This document shows positions 38,009 to 48,410 of a stretch of DNA of 64,000 nucleotides, piece by piece; within the stretch, counting starts at the first letter, position 1, and every line of letters begins with the position of its first letter. This DNA is from Candidatus Colwellbacteria bacterium CG10_big_fil_rev_8_21_14_0_10_42_22 (lineage in GTDB: Bacteria > Patescibacteriota > Minisyncoccia > UBA6257 > Colwellbacteraceae). The notes beneath the pieces were generated by a model. That model searched no databases. It worked only from the letters and a program-made list of their open reading frames with translations, and was not told where the DNA came from. The position numbers and the translations under genes were made by a program. The DNA lies in assembly GCA_002773725.1 (NCBI GenBank), contig PFAH01000002.1, positions 59,590 to 123,589 of the forward strand, written 5' to 3'.

Positions 38009-39352
38009 TTACAATTCAAAACCTTGTGTTGAGTTAGATCTCTCTGCACCACTAAGTTCAAGCGTGGCATATCCTACAATCATACCCATAATAAACCACA
38101 GCCCCTTTAGAGTTAGTATATCAATAAATATTCCGCTAATCAGAAAAAATAAAAAAATTATTGATAGGGTTATTCCAATAAAATCTTTCTTTTTTGATAT
38201 CTTAATAGCATTCCGAGAAACTACACCAAGAAATATAATCCACAGAAGAAATCCTCCCCATCCAGCCGTAAGTGGGACTTGGAGCCAAAAGTTATGTGCT
38301 CCTTTTCCGTGCTGAATTGGGTTCCAGTTTTGGTATGCCGGGCCAAATCCGAGTGGAGACTTTATTATATTGTCTAAACCCTGCCTCCATAAATCTCCGC
38401 GAGAGATATCAAAAGAATCTATTTGAGTATCTTTATAAAAAGAGGCGTACAATTCATTATCCCCTTCTAAAATCCAATCTTTTACGACTATCTCGCGTAA
38501 ATTCTCATTGGATAGAACCGGTCTTATAGATCTTTCATATATAGAAATTTGAGTATCTTTAGGCAAAACAATAAATGCCATTGAGATCGAAAAGATAAAA
38601 AGGCAAAAAAGGATAAATATGGCTTTGGTTCTTTCTCGTGAAAATCCTTGAGATAAATACAAGATTAAAAGAAGAATAAATGATGCGACGAAGGCAAGAA
38701 TACTACCTCTTGAATTTGTCCATAAGAAAAGGGGCGTCACGAGAACAATGTGGAAAACGCCAAGCCACCGTAAATGCGATTCCCTATAGAGATATAGAAC
38801 GGAGGCAATCAAAAGGCTAATAGCAATGAAGCTCGCTGTGATATTGGGATCATCTTGCATCCCAACAAGTCGTGCATTGTCAATAAAGAAACTCTCCCAC
38901 CTTGGAACAAATGCAGCGAAAAATAACAACGGCGAGGTCAGCATCGCCAAAAGCCCCCAACGAAGACCTCTCTCGTGCCTAATAACAACATACGTTGAGA
39001 TAAAAAAGACCAGAATAGCAAGGGCGATGTTGGCGTATCCAAGATATACTTGTGGCGCAAATAATAACCATTTAGAAAACACCGATATGCTTCCTATAAG
39101 CATAAAGAGGCATAACGCACCAAGGAGCATACCATAAAGAACCCTCGTCGATTTTAAGCTATACCACAAGGAACGACTTTCCGCAGATATTATAAATTCA
39201 AATAATATAAGCAAAAAGAGGGCCACTAAAAAAACCTCGAATGGTTTTAGCGTACTCGTTAAGAAGGGTTTACCTTGTCGCCAAACAAGACTAAAAATTG
39301 TCAGAGCAAATATGGCAGGTGTTACGTAGCGACGATAATCAGGCAAGCTCAT
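38009..39352 (-). CDS. O-antigen polymerase/ligase family (Wzy_C) membrane protein
   Basis: DPN..A, TNSRG, SRGDLW, PLGFG, AHNFWLQ. Confidence 0.88.
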   Translation of the reverse strand: MSLPDYRRYVTPAIFALTIFSLVWRQGKPFLTSTLKPFEVFLVALFLLILFEFIISAESRSLWYSLKSTRVLYGMLLGALCLFMLIGSISVFSKWLLFAPQVYLGYANIALAILVFFISTYVVIRHERGLRWGLLAMLTSPLLFFAAFVPRWESFFIDNARLVGMQDDPNITASFIAISLLIASVLYLYRESHLRWLGVFHIVLVTPLFLWTNSRGSILAFVASFILLLILYLSQGFSRERTKAIFILFCLFIFSISMAFIVLPKDTQISIYERSIRPVLSNENLREIVVKDWILEGDNELYASFYKDTQIDSFDISRGDLWRQGLDNIIKSPLGFGPAYQNWNPIQHGKGAHNFWLQVPLTAGWGGFLLWIIFLGVVSRNAIKISKKKDFIGITLSIIFLFFLISGIFIDILTLKGLWFIMGMIVGYATLELSGAERSNSTQGFEL

Positions 39353-40011
39353 AATTTAGACCTCTGTGTAATCGTGGATCTCTCTGCGCCGACAACTTCC
39401 TTAATTACAAAATCTTTGCCGTCAAATTCAAGCACGGCATATCCTCCGGTTCTAAGAGCCCCGTCTCTCAAGTTTTCATGCTTTCCCAAACTGAGATGCA
39501 ATAGAAACATTCTTATAGCATACCTATGAGCGACTATTAAAACTTTTTCCCCGAGATGGCTAGTGGCTACTTCTCTTAAGTAAGTAATGAACCTATCAAG
39601 TAGTTCTTTGTCGGATTCGATGGATGGATGCGCTTTATGCACCCACCTCTCTTCAGTACTTAATTGATTATCAAATTTCTCAAACTCGTCTTTTAGAACC
39701 TCCATATATTCACCATGATTCTTGCCTTCAAATATTCCAAAATATTTTTCTCTTAAGAATGGAGACGTCTTAATTTCTATACCTCGACTTAACCTTATTA
39801 TTTCCGCGGTACGCCTTGTCCTATCTAAATCAGAAGAATAAATAGCATCAAATTTAACACCCTTAAAAACATCGGCCACTTCTTCCGCTTGTCTTTCTCC
39901 TTTCTCAGTTAACGGTGAGTTCGTGTGCCCTTGAACGATTTTATTGACATTGGCTTCGGATTCTCCATGTCGAACCAAATAGATTGTACACACCCCATTT
40001 TCTTTATTCAT
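39349..40011 (-). CDS. Histidine phosphatase (PGAM family)
   Basis: LVRHGES, YSSDLDRTRRTA, LRE..FG, LIVAH. Confidence 0.92.
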   Translation of the reverse strand: MNKENGVCTIYLVRHGESEANVNKIVQGHTNSPLTEKGERQAEEVADVFKGVKFDAIYSSDLDRTRRTAEIIRLSRGIEIKTSPFLREKYFGIFEGKNHGEYMEVLKDEFEKFDNQLSTEERWVHKAHPSIESDKELLDRFITYLREVATSHLGEKVLIVAHRYAIRMFLLHLSLGKHENLRDGALRTGGYAVLEFDGKDFVIKEVVGAERSTITQRSKL

Positions 40012-40466
40012 TTACCCAACTTGTCCTGATAATTTTTTAAGAAGTTATCGATTAGCCATGAGCTTGACTGCACTTTATCGCCACCAATGCCAGCCACCAT
40101 TTTGCACCCTATTTCTTCACAAGCCGCAATCTCAAATTCATTAGTAATACCTTTATCGCCACCGTTTACAAAAATGTCTGGCTTAACTTTTCTTAACGTA
40201 AATCCTATATGCCCATAGTCCGCATTCTTTGGATGCTCTGTTAAGACAACCCCGTCAACAGATTTTAGCGCTTTTATAATTTCTACCCTTTCTTTCTCCG
40301 GCATAAAGACATACCCCTTTTTCTTCATAAGCCAATTGTCGTTGTTTAAAATTACAACCAATTTGTTTCCAAGCTTTTTGGCCTCTTCGAACAAACGAAT
40401 ATGCCCAACATGAATTGGGTCAAACCCACCTGATACTGCTACGGTTATTTCTTTTTTTTGAACCAC
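40008..40466 (-). CDS. Cytidylyltransferase-like nucleotidyltransferase (TagD/HldC-type)
   Basis: SGGFDPIHVGH, ER.EII, KPDIFVNGGD, QSSS. Confidence 0.85.
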   Translation of the reverse strand: MVQKKEITVAVSGGFDPIHVGHIRLFEEAKKLGNKLVVILNNDNWLMKKKGYVFMPEKERVEIIKALKSVDGVVLTEHPKNADYGHIGFTLRKVKPDIFVNGGDKGITNEFEIAACEEIGCKMVAGIGGDKVQSSSWLIDNFLKNYQDKLGK

Positions 40467-40485
40467 TTAGTTTTTTATAAAACTC

Positions 40486-41472
40486 TTATTTCGGTTGGTA
40501 ATGAATAATCTGACTGCCAGAACTCTCGAACTTAAACGGGACATGAACTAAATCGCTTAAGGCCTCTCTAACTTTATCTTGGAGCTCTGGTTTAACAAAA
40601 AATAATATGAATCCTCTGCCACCAGCACCGAGCAGTTTGCCTCCAAGCGCGCCGGCTTTAGTACCCTTATCATAGATCTCATCTATTTTCGAATTCGAGA
40701 TAAGGTCGGCTAATGTTCTTTTGAGCTTCCATGTCTCGTCTAAAAGATGTCCGAAATCTTCAATACTATCGTTCTTAAATAATATTTTTTCTGCATCAGT
40801 AACTAAACTGGCCATTTTTTGAAGTTCTGTGCTTTTCTTGGGAGTGTTTTTTATTTGCTCGGCCGCTACCTTAAGGCCCATCTTAGTAGTGCCGGTAAAA
40901 AATAGCATAAGGTGGCTTTGCAACTCATCAATTCTTTGTTTTTGTAATGCTAGTGGAACCACCTCGAATTCTTCTTCTCCACCAAAGATAATTTTATTAA
41001 ATCCGCCGAAGGCGACGGCGATTTGATCCTGAATTCCCCCATCTTCTTTCAAAACGTTCCGTTCTATGTGAATAGCTTCCGAAGCAAGCTGTTCTTTACT
41101 AGGCAGATGTCCTTTCAGTGTATGTAGAGCATTTAGAAGGCCGACTGCGAAAGAAGAGCTGGAGCCCATCCCGGACCAAGCTGGTAAATCTGCAGAATTG
41201 TGAATCTCCATACCATCAGAAATATTTAAAAATTTTAAAACCTCGCGGACAACCGGATGCTCAATTTCATCAATATTTTTAACCGCCTCTATTTTAGACC
41301 AAACAATTTTATATTTATTATCAAAAAATGGCGGAAGGTAACGACAGTTAAGATAGGAATATTTGTCTATTGTCGTTGAAAGGACAACTCCTCCGTTTTC
41401 CCTATACCAAACCGGATAATCAGTCCCTCCTCCGAAGAAAGATATTCTAAATGGCGTTCGTGAAATAATCAT
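40486..41472 (-). CDS. hddA: D-glycero-alpha-D-manno-heptose-7-phosphate kinase (GHMP family)
   Basis: RTPFRISFFGGGTD, GMGSSS, GIQDQ, GGKLLGAGGRG. Confidence 0.88.
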   Translation of the reverse strand: MIISRTPFRISFFGGGTDYPVWYRENGGVVLSTTIDKYSYLNCRYLPPFFDNKYKIVWSKIEAVKNIDEIEHPVVREVLKFLNISDGMEIHNSADLPAWSGMGSSSSFAVGLLNALHTLKGHLPSKEQLASEAIHIERNVLKEDGGIQDQIAVAFGGFNKIIFGGEEEFEVVPLALQKQRIDELQSHLMLFFTGTTKMGLKVAAEQIKNTPKKSTELQKMASLVTDAEKILFKNDSIEDFGHLLDETWKLKRTLADLISNSKIDEIYDKGTKAGALGGKLLGAGGRGFILFFVKPELQDKVREALSDLVHVPFKFESSGSQIIHYQPK

Positions 41473-42431
41473 GTCTTTATTTCTAACACAATCTTTTCGT
41501 TGTGATCTAAAAACTTAATAGTTTTTTGACCTTTAAGTTTGTTTCTGAAATCCGCAACTTTTTTATTATAACTTTCTGTTAACTCAGTATCGAGCTTTCT
41601 CAAATCCTGTCCCTCTATATGCATTCTACTGAAATTACCCGCGAGCGGTAGTCCATAAGCTAAGTAACCTCTCGTGTTGAAATTAAATGTAAAATCCAAA
41701 AGTGCAGAGTTCGTCATTGTTTCTTTTGGAAATCTAGTAGTATTTCTTACATACACGTCTTTGCGCACACACATATTTTGCTCAGGAAAGGCACGGCCGG
41801 TCTTTAACCAATAATAAAACCACTTCTCTTTCTGTGGGATGTCTTGCTTGAAAAAACTGCGAAACACCATTCCAACCCGACGAGGCGTTAGTTTACGAAC
41901 TATTCGTAAGAAATGAAGAGGCGCCGATATACTATGCCAGCTCACTTTTGAAACAGCCGTAGAAATAGGTCTAGTGTTTTCTTTATATCGCTTATCTTTA
42001 AGAAACTTCGCGTAGGCATAGTGCGGACCCAATAACTTGCCGTCCTCGCTCATATTAAATGGAATTCCCCAAACCAAAGAAACCTCTGGATGTTCTTTAA
42101 GAACCTCGATGCAACGCTCAAACCAATCATTATCCAAAAATCCATCCTGACCACAAAGCTGAAACAAATATTCTCCCTTAGTAAGAGCGAGGGCTTTATC
42201 TAACCCATGCCACTGTCCCTTATCAGGCTCAGAAACAACGGTGATGTTTTTATATTTTGATGTATATTCATTTAATATATCTAAAGTTTTATCAGTTGAT
42301 GCTCCATCCATAATGATTAATTCCCAATTTGGATAAGTTTGGCTAACCACTGATTCCAGCGTCTCATGAATGAATTGCGCATCATTACGAACGGCGCAGA
42401 TAATAGAAACTAGAGGTTTTTCTGATGCCAT
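41469..42431 (-). CDS. GT2 glycosyltransferase
   Basis: VSIICAVRN, IMDGASTD, SEPDKG. Confidence 0.85.
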   Translation of the reverse strand: MASEKPLVSIICAVRNDAQFIHETLESVVSQTYPNWELIIMDGASTDKTLDILNEYTSKYKNITVVSEPDKGQWHGLDKALALTKGEYLFQLCGQDGFLDNDWFERCIEVLKEHPEVSLVWGIPFNMSEDGKLLGPHYAYAKFLKDKRYKENTRPISTAVSKVSWHSISAPLHFLRIVRKLTPRRVGMVFRSFFKQDIPQKEKWFYYWLKTGRAFPEQNMCVRKDVYVRNTTRFPKETMTNSALLDFTFNFNTRGYLAYGLPLAGNFSRMHIEGQDLRKLDTELTESYNKKVADFRNKLKGQKTIKFLDHNEKIVLEIKT

Positions 42432-43228
42432 ATTTTCGCTTCTTTAATTACCTCGTCAACACCTTGTTCTAAGGAAAATGCCGGTTTCCATGATTTTAGA
42501 AGTATTTCTGGAAAATACATCGGGGACTTGCCAGGGTTAGATCCAAGCACAACCTCTGCGTCCAATTTTTCTCCGATCAAGCTGGCAATGTGTTTAACAG
42601 AGACCCATTCGTCGCTTGTAACATCCGCATGTTTTTGACCGATATCAAACTGATGAACGAGTGCCTTGGCACAGTCCTTCACATATAAAAACTGACGCTC
42701 CTCTTCGCCATTACTCATAAGTTCAATCGTCCCTGTTGTTATGCCTTTCCAAATTAAATCGGGGATAAGGTGGCTCTTTTCACCAATTGGTTCCCATCCA
42801 TATACATTCCAGAGTCGAGCAACATGTCCCCCAAGAATCCATGTCCACATTTCACCAACACGCTTAGTTGCACCCAACGTCGTCATATTTGAAGATGGAG
42901 CCGCTTGGGAACTAACAAAAAGGAATGGTTTTTTCGTTTGCTGTAAAACTCCAAATACCGACTGACACAACCGAAGATTAGAATTCAAAATTTCGGATTC
43001 ATACTCGGGTAGATTTTCTTTTTTCCAAACTCCAACATCCCAAGCTAAGAACCAGACCCTGTCTGCCCACTCAAACTTATCAATATATTTTTCGGCCTCC
43101 CTAAGATCATGGTCATCTCCACGAGAAAGAATAGAAACTTTTTCTCCTTTTTCTTCTAAAAGAATGGCTAAATGTGAACCGATTAGCCCTCTTCCCAAAA
43201 TCAAATTTTTCCTAGCTTTTGCCTTCAT
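42410..43228 (-). CDS. NAD-dependent epimerase/dehydratase, atypical SDR
   Basis: G.GLIGSHL, RLWNVYG, ERQFLYVKD; YxxxK appears as LGATK. Confidence 0.8.
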   Translation of the reverse strand: MKAKARKNLILGRGLIGSHLAILLEEKGEKVSILSRGDDHDLREAEKYIDKFEWADRVWFLAWDVGVWKKENLPEYESEILNSNLRLCQSVFGVLQQTKKPFLFVSSQAAPSSNMTTLGATKRVGEMWTWILGGHVARLWNVYGWEPIGEKSHLIPDLIWKGITTGTIELMSNGEEERQFLYVKDCAKALVHQFDIGQKHADVTSDEWVSVKHIASLIGEKLDAEVVLGSNPGKSPMYFPEILLKSWKPAFSLEQGVDEVIKEAKIWHQKNL

Positions 43229-43333
43229 CGCTTAAATATACTACGAATTTGGGTATCTATGAGCAAGTAAATTCATTTTTATTTAAAAATCATCGATTAA
43301 ATCGACGATTTTCACCTCTTAAAAACTGTTTAA

Positions 43334-44272
43334 TTAAATATTAGACAGCCCCTCTTTAGAATCAATCTCCTGATAACCTTTAATAAGTTCTCTAATTCCA
43401 TCTTGGATAGAGTGGTCTGGTTTAAATCCAGTTTTCTCGATTTTCTCATTTGAAACAATATAGTCCCGCTTATCTGGATCTTCCCCTTCTGAAATCTCGT
43501 ATTCGAATTCCGAAATCTGTTTTTTAATTTCCTCGCAGAGTTCTTGCTTGCTTAAATTCGCGGTTGATAAACCAACGTTATACGGCTCATTTTTCATCTT
43601 CTCAAAGTTGTTCATCGCGTGAATAAACGCCTTAACAACATCCCGAACATGAATGTAGTTTCGCTTAGCGTGGGGCTGAAACACTTTCATCCTCCTCTCT
43701 TTAACCGCAGTAAATACAAAATCGTTGACCAGGAGGTCAAGACGCATCCTCGGACTGATGCCAAAAACCGTAGCAAGGCGTAAGGTTATCGCCTCTCCAT
43801 CATCTAAAAGTGCTTTCTCTGCATCAACCTTAAGTTTTCCATAGAGAGAAACTGGGTGAAGAGGGCTCTGCTCGTCACAGAAGCTTGTTCCCTCTTCCAT
43901 ATAGCCATAACCGCTATTGGTGTTTGGAAATATTATCTTCTGAGTATCTTTGTCGCGAAGCTTAATAATTAGTTCGATAGCATCGAGATTCACTCCCTTT
44001 GCCTCCTCGGGACTCTTGTCACAAAGAGGCGCACCAACAAGTGCGGCCAAGGGAATTATAAAATCTTTATCCTTCATATGTTCACTCATCAAATCTTCAT
44101 CACGAACATCTCCTTTAAGTAAGTTAAGGTTTCTATTATACATCACATCAAAGAGCGATCGCTGACCGAACATGAAGCTATCTATGACGGTTACTTCGTG
44201 ACCTAATTCTAAAAGCTTGGGAACCAATACAGAACCAATATATCCAGCGCCTCCTGTAACCAAAATTTTCAT
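43334..44272 (-). CDS. NAD-dependent epimerase/dehydratase
   Basis: TGGAGYIGS, YGKLK, LRLATVFG. Confidence 0.92.
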   Translation of the reverse strand: MKILVTGGAGYIGSVLVPKLLELGHEVTVIDSFMFGQRSLFDVMYNRNLNLLKGDVRDEDLMSEHMKDKDFIIPLAALVGAPLCDKSPEEAKGVNLDAIELIIKLRDKDTQKIIFPNTNSGYGYMEEGTSFCDEQSPLHPVSLYGKLKVDAEKALLDDGEAITLRLATVFGISPRMRLDLLVNDFVFTAVKERRMKVFQPHAKRNYIHVRDVVKAFIHAMNNFEKMKNEPYNVGLSTANLSKQELCEEIKKQISEFEYEISEGEDPDKRDYIVSNEKIEKTGFKPDHSIQDGIRELIKGYQEIDSKEGLSNI

Positions 44273-44284
44273 AGCAAATCTATT

Positions 44285-45568
44285 CTACACTTCCTTGGGA
44301 TTAATGGGAAAATAAAATTCCACTCCATCCTTAATTAGCTCTTGATTATTGGCTAAAATTTCCTTTTTGAAATTCCAGGCAAGCACGTAATAGACGTCTG
44401 GTAATTCTTTTAATTCTTTTTCAATCAGAATCTCTAGGTGCGACCCAGGCGAATAGAGCCCACGACGTGATTCGTTCTTTTCTACAAGATAATCAAGATA
44501 TTTCGAGTCGACTCCAAAATAATTCATTAACGTATTGCCTTTCACCGGAGCACCCATGCCGTAGATCTTCTTGCCTTCTGCTTTCTTTTGCTCAAGATAT
44601 GCAATATTTTCCTGCTTCATCGTTTCAAGTCTTTTCGCAAACCCCAAATATGTTTCGTATTCGTTGCTCTTATCTCTTTTCTCCTGCTCAACGTAAGCTT
44701 TGAGTTGTTCCGAGGGCGTTTTTGCGTCCCTATGTGTTACATACGCCACCATTGAACCTCCATGAGCTGGCGTTAAATAGGCGTCAAACGTAGAAAGGCC
44801 ATGACGATTCAGAAGTGTTTCTACGTTCTTTAGGTTGTAATAGAGTAGGTGCTCGTGATAAATCTGGTCAAAAGCCAAATTTTCCACAATTCGCTTCATA
44901 TATAGAAATTGAATGACGAATACTCCATCTTTTGCCAAAACTTCTTTTATCCCTTCGCACACGGAATGCAATTCTTCAAGATGGAAGAAAAATCCGGCAG
45001 CGTTAACGACGTCGAATTTCTTTCCTAAGTTTTTAGCAGATTCGAGGTTAAAAAAAGCATGCACGGTGGGAATACCAGCATCATTGGCAATTTGTGCCGG
45101 CACCGTAGCTGATTCTACTCCGAGCACGTCGTAGCCAAGGTTCTTAAAATGCTTGAGTTGGGTGCCGTCATTAGAACCAAGATCCAACACCGATTTATTC
45201 TTAATTCCGTTAAAGAATCTCCTATCGACCTCTTCTGCAACTGACTTAAAGTGGTCGCTCAATGTTTTTGTAACTCCCGATAAATAAGTATGTTCGGCGA
45301 ACATTGTCTCTTTAGGAACGGTATAGTCCAACTGTGGGGTCTTGCAGTCCATACAAAAAACAACACGTAGAGGATAGAAGGGCTCTTTGCCGACTTCTTC
45401 TTTTTTGAGAAAATGATTACCCCAAGGCTGAAAACCCAGATCGATAGCAAGTTCGAGATTCTCTGAGTCACATACTCGACAATTCTTAATCAACCTCTTT
45501 GGGTCACAAACGATGTTCTTGTAGTTCATCTTGTCCTGTATTTTAACTCGACTGAGGAGAAATCTCAT
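44285..45568 (-). CDS. NDP-sugar C-methyltransferase; start probably MNYKN at 45529
   Basis: CRVC...C..C Zn site, DLGSNDG, IYHEH, HGGS, GAPVKG, LAWNF. Confidence 0.88.
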   Translation of the reverse strand: MRFLLSRVKIQDKMNYKNIVCDPKRLIKNCRVCDSENLELAIDLGFQPWGNHFLKKEEVGKEPFYPLRVVFCMDCKTPQLDYTVPKETMFAEHTYLSGVTKTLSDHFKSVAEEVDRRFFNGIKNKSVLDLGSNDGTQLKHFKNLGYDVLGVESATVPAQIANDAGIPTVHAFFNLESAKNLGKKFDVVNAAGFFFHLEELHSVCEGIKEVLAKDGVFVIQFLYMKRIVENLAFDQIYHEHLLYYNLKNVETLLNRHGLSTFDAYLTPAHGGSMVAYVTHRDAKTPSEQLKAYVEQEKRDKSNEYETYLGFAKRLETMKQENIAYLEQKKAEGKKIYGMGAPVKGNTLMNYFGVDSKYLDYLVEKNESRRGLYSPGSHLEILIEKELKELPDVYYVLAWNFKKEILANNQELIKDGVEFYFPINPKEV

Positions 45569-46754
45569 AGAGCTCTTCTACATATCCTTTTCGCAACCAA
45601 AACGGAAAGCGATACACCCTCTTAAATCCGCCCACCTTTTCTATCACTTCGGGCACTACCAAGTTTCGACCTTCCGATCCCGGGAAAAGTGGTGCTTGGT
45701 GCTCATTATTAATGCTCAGGAAATACTTTGTAGCTTTCCTTATATCTCTTAAATATCGCTCAATCACACCTCTTTCTATTTCGGGAAAAGAGTCTTGGTT
45801 CAAAACCAATCCGTATTTCTTCTGCGGAAACAGCCAGTATGGTAAAACACGAATCACATCCTCCCGATTAGGCTCTCCATATAAGGTAATGGCTTGTCCA
45901 GGCAACGACTTAATGAGATGCCATGCAGTCATGGCGTTCATAATCGGAAGATCAAACAAAGAATAATCTTTAAATCCAAATCTTGATGTATAAATCGCAA
46001 CCTTCCCGAGACCACCTCCTATCTCAGCAATCGAGATACCCTCTTCAATATTTTTGTTGATTCTCCAAGCGGCATATAACGACCACATATCCCTGTAATC
46101 CAAGAATCCCTCTCTAAATTTCAATTTAAATAATCCCCCTTCAACGGGGGGGAGAAAAATTTCTATACCCATATATTTACTAATCTTCTCGGCAAGCATA
46201 TCCGAATCTATATACATGTTCTTTTTTTCAACATAGGGCACAACCGCCTCAAAAGGCAGAATCCCAAGCGACTCAGCCAAGGAAACCAAGATGTCTTTCA
46301 TCCATGTGAGTTCTTTATCCCTTAAAAAAGAGCTCCTCTTCAGCCTTCTATTCTCTACAACGCTCCCCGAAATCCCATAGGTTGATTTCCGACGATGCAT
46401 GTTTGCAAAATAATAAGCAAGACCTAAAGAATCTCTAGAATGCAAAAGGTCTAGAAGCTCCCCGTAATAGACTTCGTGATTATTATCCCAAGCATCAATA
46501 TAACTCTTACTAGCACCCTCTTCATCTGCAATCGCTCGATGAAATGCGGCTATGATTCTTTCGGCTATTGCCTCATCGCCGTCGCCCACTAAAATGCTAA
46601 TCTCCTCCAGCTCACCCGGTGGCACACCGTGGGGCAATTCATGAAAAAAATAATTAGTATCATATCGTGCGGTCGCACGCATCCAAATCTTTCTTACCAA
46701 AAGCCTGCCCCCCCCTTCTTCAATTATTGATTTAAATCTTTTATATGTCCTCAT
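45543..46754 (-). CDS. Putative sugar O-methyltransferase
   Basis: EIGGGLG, FDLP, NQDSFPE. Confidence 0.7.
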   Translation of the reverse strand: MRTYKRFKSIIEEGGGRLLVRKIWMRATARYDTNYFFHELPHGVPPGELEEISILVGDGDEAIAERIIAAFHRAIADEEGASKSYIDAWDNNHEVYYGELLDLLHSRDSLGLAYYFANMHRRKSTYGISGSVVENRRLKRSSFLRDKELTWMKDILVSLAESLGILPFEAVVPYVEKKNMYIDSDMLAEKISKYMGIEIFLPPVEGGLFKLKFREGFLDYRDMWSLYAAWRINKNIEEGISIAEIGGGLGKVAIYTSRFGFKDYSLFDLPIMNAMTAWHLIKSLPGQAITLYGEPNREDVIRVLPYWLFPQKKYGLVLNQDSFPEIERGVIERYLRDIRKATKYFLSINNEHQAPLFPGSEGRNLVVPEVIEKVGGFKRVYRFPFWLRKGYVEELYEISPQSS

Positions 46755-46777
46755 GAGAACAAATGATAATCTGTTAG

Positions 46778-47866
46778 TTATAGCGGCTTGCCCATCATCT
46801 TAAAGATATCCTCAAAGCGCTGTTTGGTAGAATGTTCGCGTATAGTGCGCTCGTATCCAGCCTTGGCAATTGCTTCACGTTCTTCGTCGTGCATTAAATA
46901 ATATTTGATTTTTTCTACTAAGTCCTCTTTATTCTCGTACACAACAATCTCTTCCCTTAGTTTGTAATAATCTCTCATATCATCTGCATCTTGAGTCATC
47001 TCCAATGTTCCACACGCCGGTACTTCAAAATGGCGCGATTTAACCTGGGCATTTCTTTTCATGAACCACGAACGTATGTTGTCAAAGAAATTGTGAATAT
47101 CCAGCTTGATGGGTAGGCCTCCCTCCCCAAAATATGCCCTACGGAAAAATAAGCGCACTATCGGACGCCAACCGAAATAAAACGCCGGCGTATTTAAAGA
47201 AAGGGCTATCTTGCTTCGATTAATAATCCTGATTAGCTCTTCTTGGCTAACTGGTCCCTCGGGCCAACCCACACCGCGAACAAACACATCGATACCCTGT
47301 TTTCGCAGATAATGGATGAGTTGTTCTCTTGGTTTAGACCAAAGGCCAACAAAACTGACATCGATATCTTTTTTGGCATTCTCCAACTTGTGATACGTTT
47401 CTAAATCTACACCGGGCTGATGATGAATGATGTTCTTGCATCCAATGCTTTTATACTTCTTTATCGCCCGACCATCATAAGTGAGAATCCAATTAAAACA
47501 ATCTGCAAAATGGCGACTTACTCGCTCCCAACGCCAAGTATCGTCGTCCCCAATATAAACAAGTTCTGTGGAGGTCTCGTTTTTTACCCTACAATAAACT
47601 TTTTTACCAAGATCATATTCATTGAACCCCGCTAGACATACATCTGGTTTTTTAGTCATAATGTATTCCCAAAACATTTTTCGGGCTCCCTCAATCCCCT
47701 TAGTCATAATGGCTTCGTCGATATAAAAGATGTCTGCCGAGTGCCCATGCTCTTCCGCAACAGCTTTAAGAGGTAGATATTCCAAATAGTAGCTCGTAGA
47801 ACGTCTCCCTAGATTATTCCAGCCCCTATCGTATTCGTACTTATAATTGACTAATAATATTTTCAC
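46778..47866 (-). CDS. Glycosyltransferase, CgeB/Glyco_trans_1_2 type
   Basis: DVSFVG, SKIALS, KSRHFEVPACG, EREAIAKAG. Confidence 0.85.
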   Translation of the reverse strand: MKILLVNYKYEYDRGWNNLGRRSTSYYLEYLPLKAVAEEHGHSADIFYIDEAIMTKGIEGARKMFWEYIMTKKPDVCLAGFNEYDLGKKVYCRVKNETSTELVYIGDDDTWRWERVSRHFADCFNWILTYDGRAIKKYKSIGCKNIIHHQPGVDLETYHKLENAKKDIDVSFVGLWSKPREQLIHYLRKQGIDVFVRGVGWPEGPVSQEELIRIINRSKIALSLNTPAFYFGWRPIVRLFFRRAYFGEGGLPIKLDIHNFFDNIRSWFMKRNAQVKSRHFEVPACGTLEMTQDADDMRDYYKLREEIVVYENKEDLVEKIKYYLMHDEEREAIAKAGYERTIREHSTKQRFEDIFKMMGKPL

Positions 47867-48408
47867 TCTGTGTTTATGTATTTCTCATCAGCGTCACGCG
47901 AAGATAAAATCGGATTTTCTACCGGCCAATCGATGCCAAACTCGGGGTCGTCCCACTTATACCTAAATTGTCCATCAGGATTGTAGTGTGAAGATTGTTT
48001 GTATTGGAAGATAACCTTATCGGTTAGGGCTAGATATCCATTGCCATACATCGGCGGTACTAAAATTTTCCAGCGATTTTCTTCATTCAAGTCAAATGAT
48101 TCCCATCTTCCAAACCCAGAGGACTCTTTGTTACAGTTAACCACCACAAAGAAAACTTTTCCGTGAACACATGAAACTAACTTCCATGTTTTATCGTCTC
48201 CATGGATACCGCGGAGCACATTCTTCTTAGAAACGGAAATGTCGTCTTCAACAAAATGGATTTTAATATCGTGGTCTTTATACTTTGACTCGTTATAGGT
48301 CTCAAAAAAAGACCCACGCAGATCCTCAAAAAACTCACCTCTACCATCAATGACTAGTTCAGGTTTAACAAGCAATACTCCCTCGAGAGACGTTTTTTCC
48401 ACTTTCAT
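47863..48408 (-). CDS. RmlC-family NDP-sugar 3,5-epimerase
   Basis: DLRGSFFE, VLRGIHG, KLVSC, WDDP..GIDWP. Confidence 0.88.
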   Translation of the reverse strand: MKVEKTSLEGVLLVKPELVIDGRGEFFEDLRGSFFETYNESKYKDHDIKIHFVEDDISVSKKNVLRGIHGDDKTWKLVSCVHGKVFFVVVNCNKESSGFGRWESFDLNEENRWKILVPPMYGNGYLALTDKVIFQYKQSSHYNPDGQFRYKWDDPEFGIDWPVENPILSSRDADEKYINTE

Positions 48409-48410
48409 AT

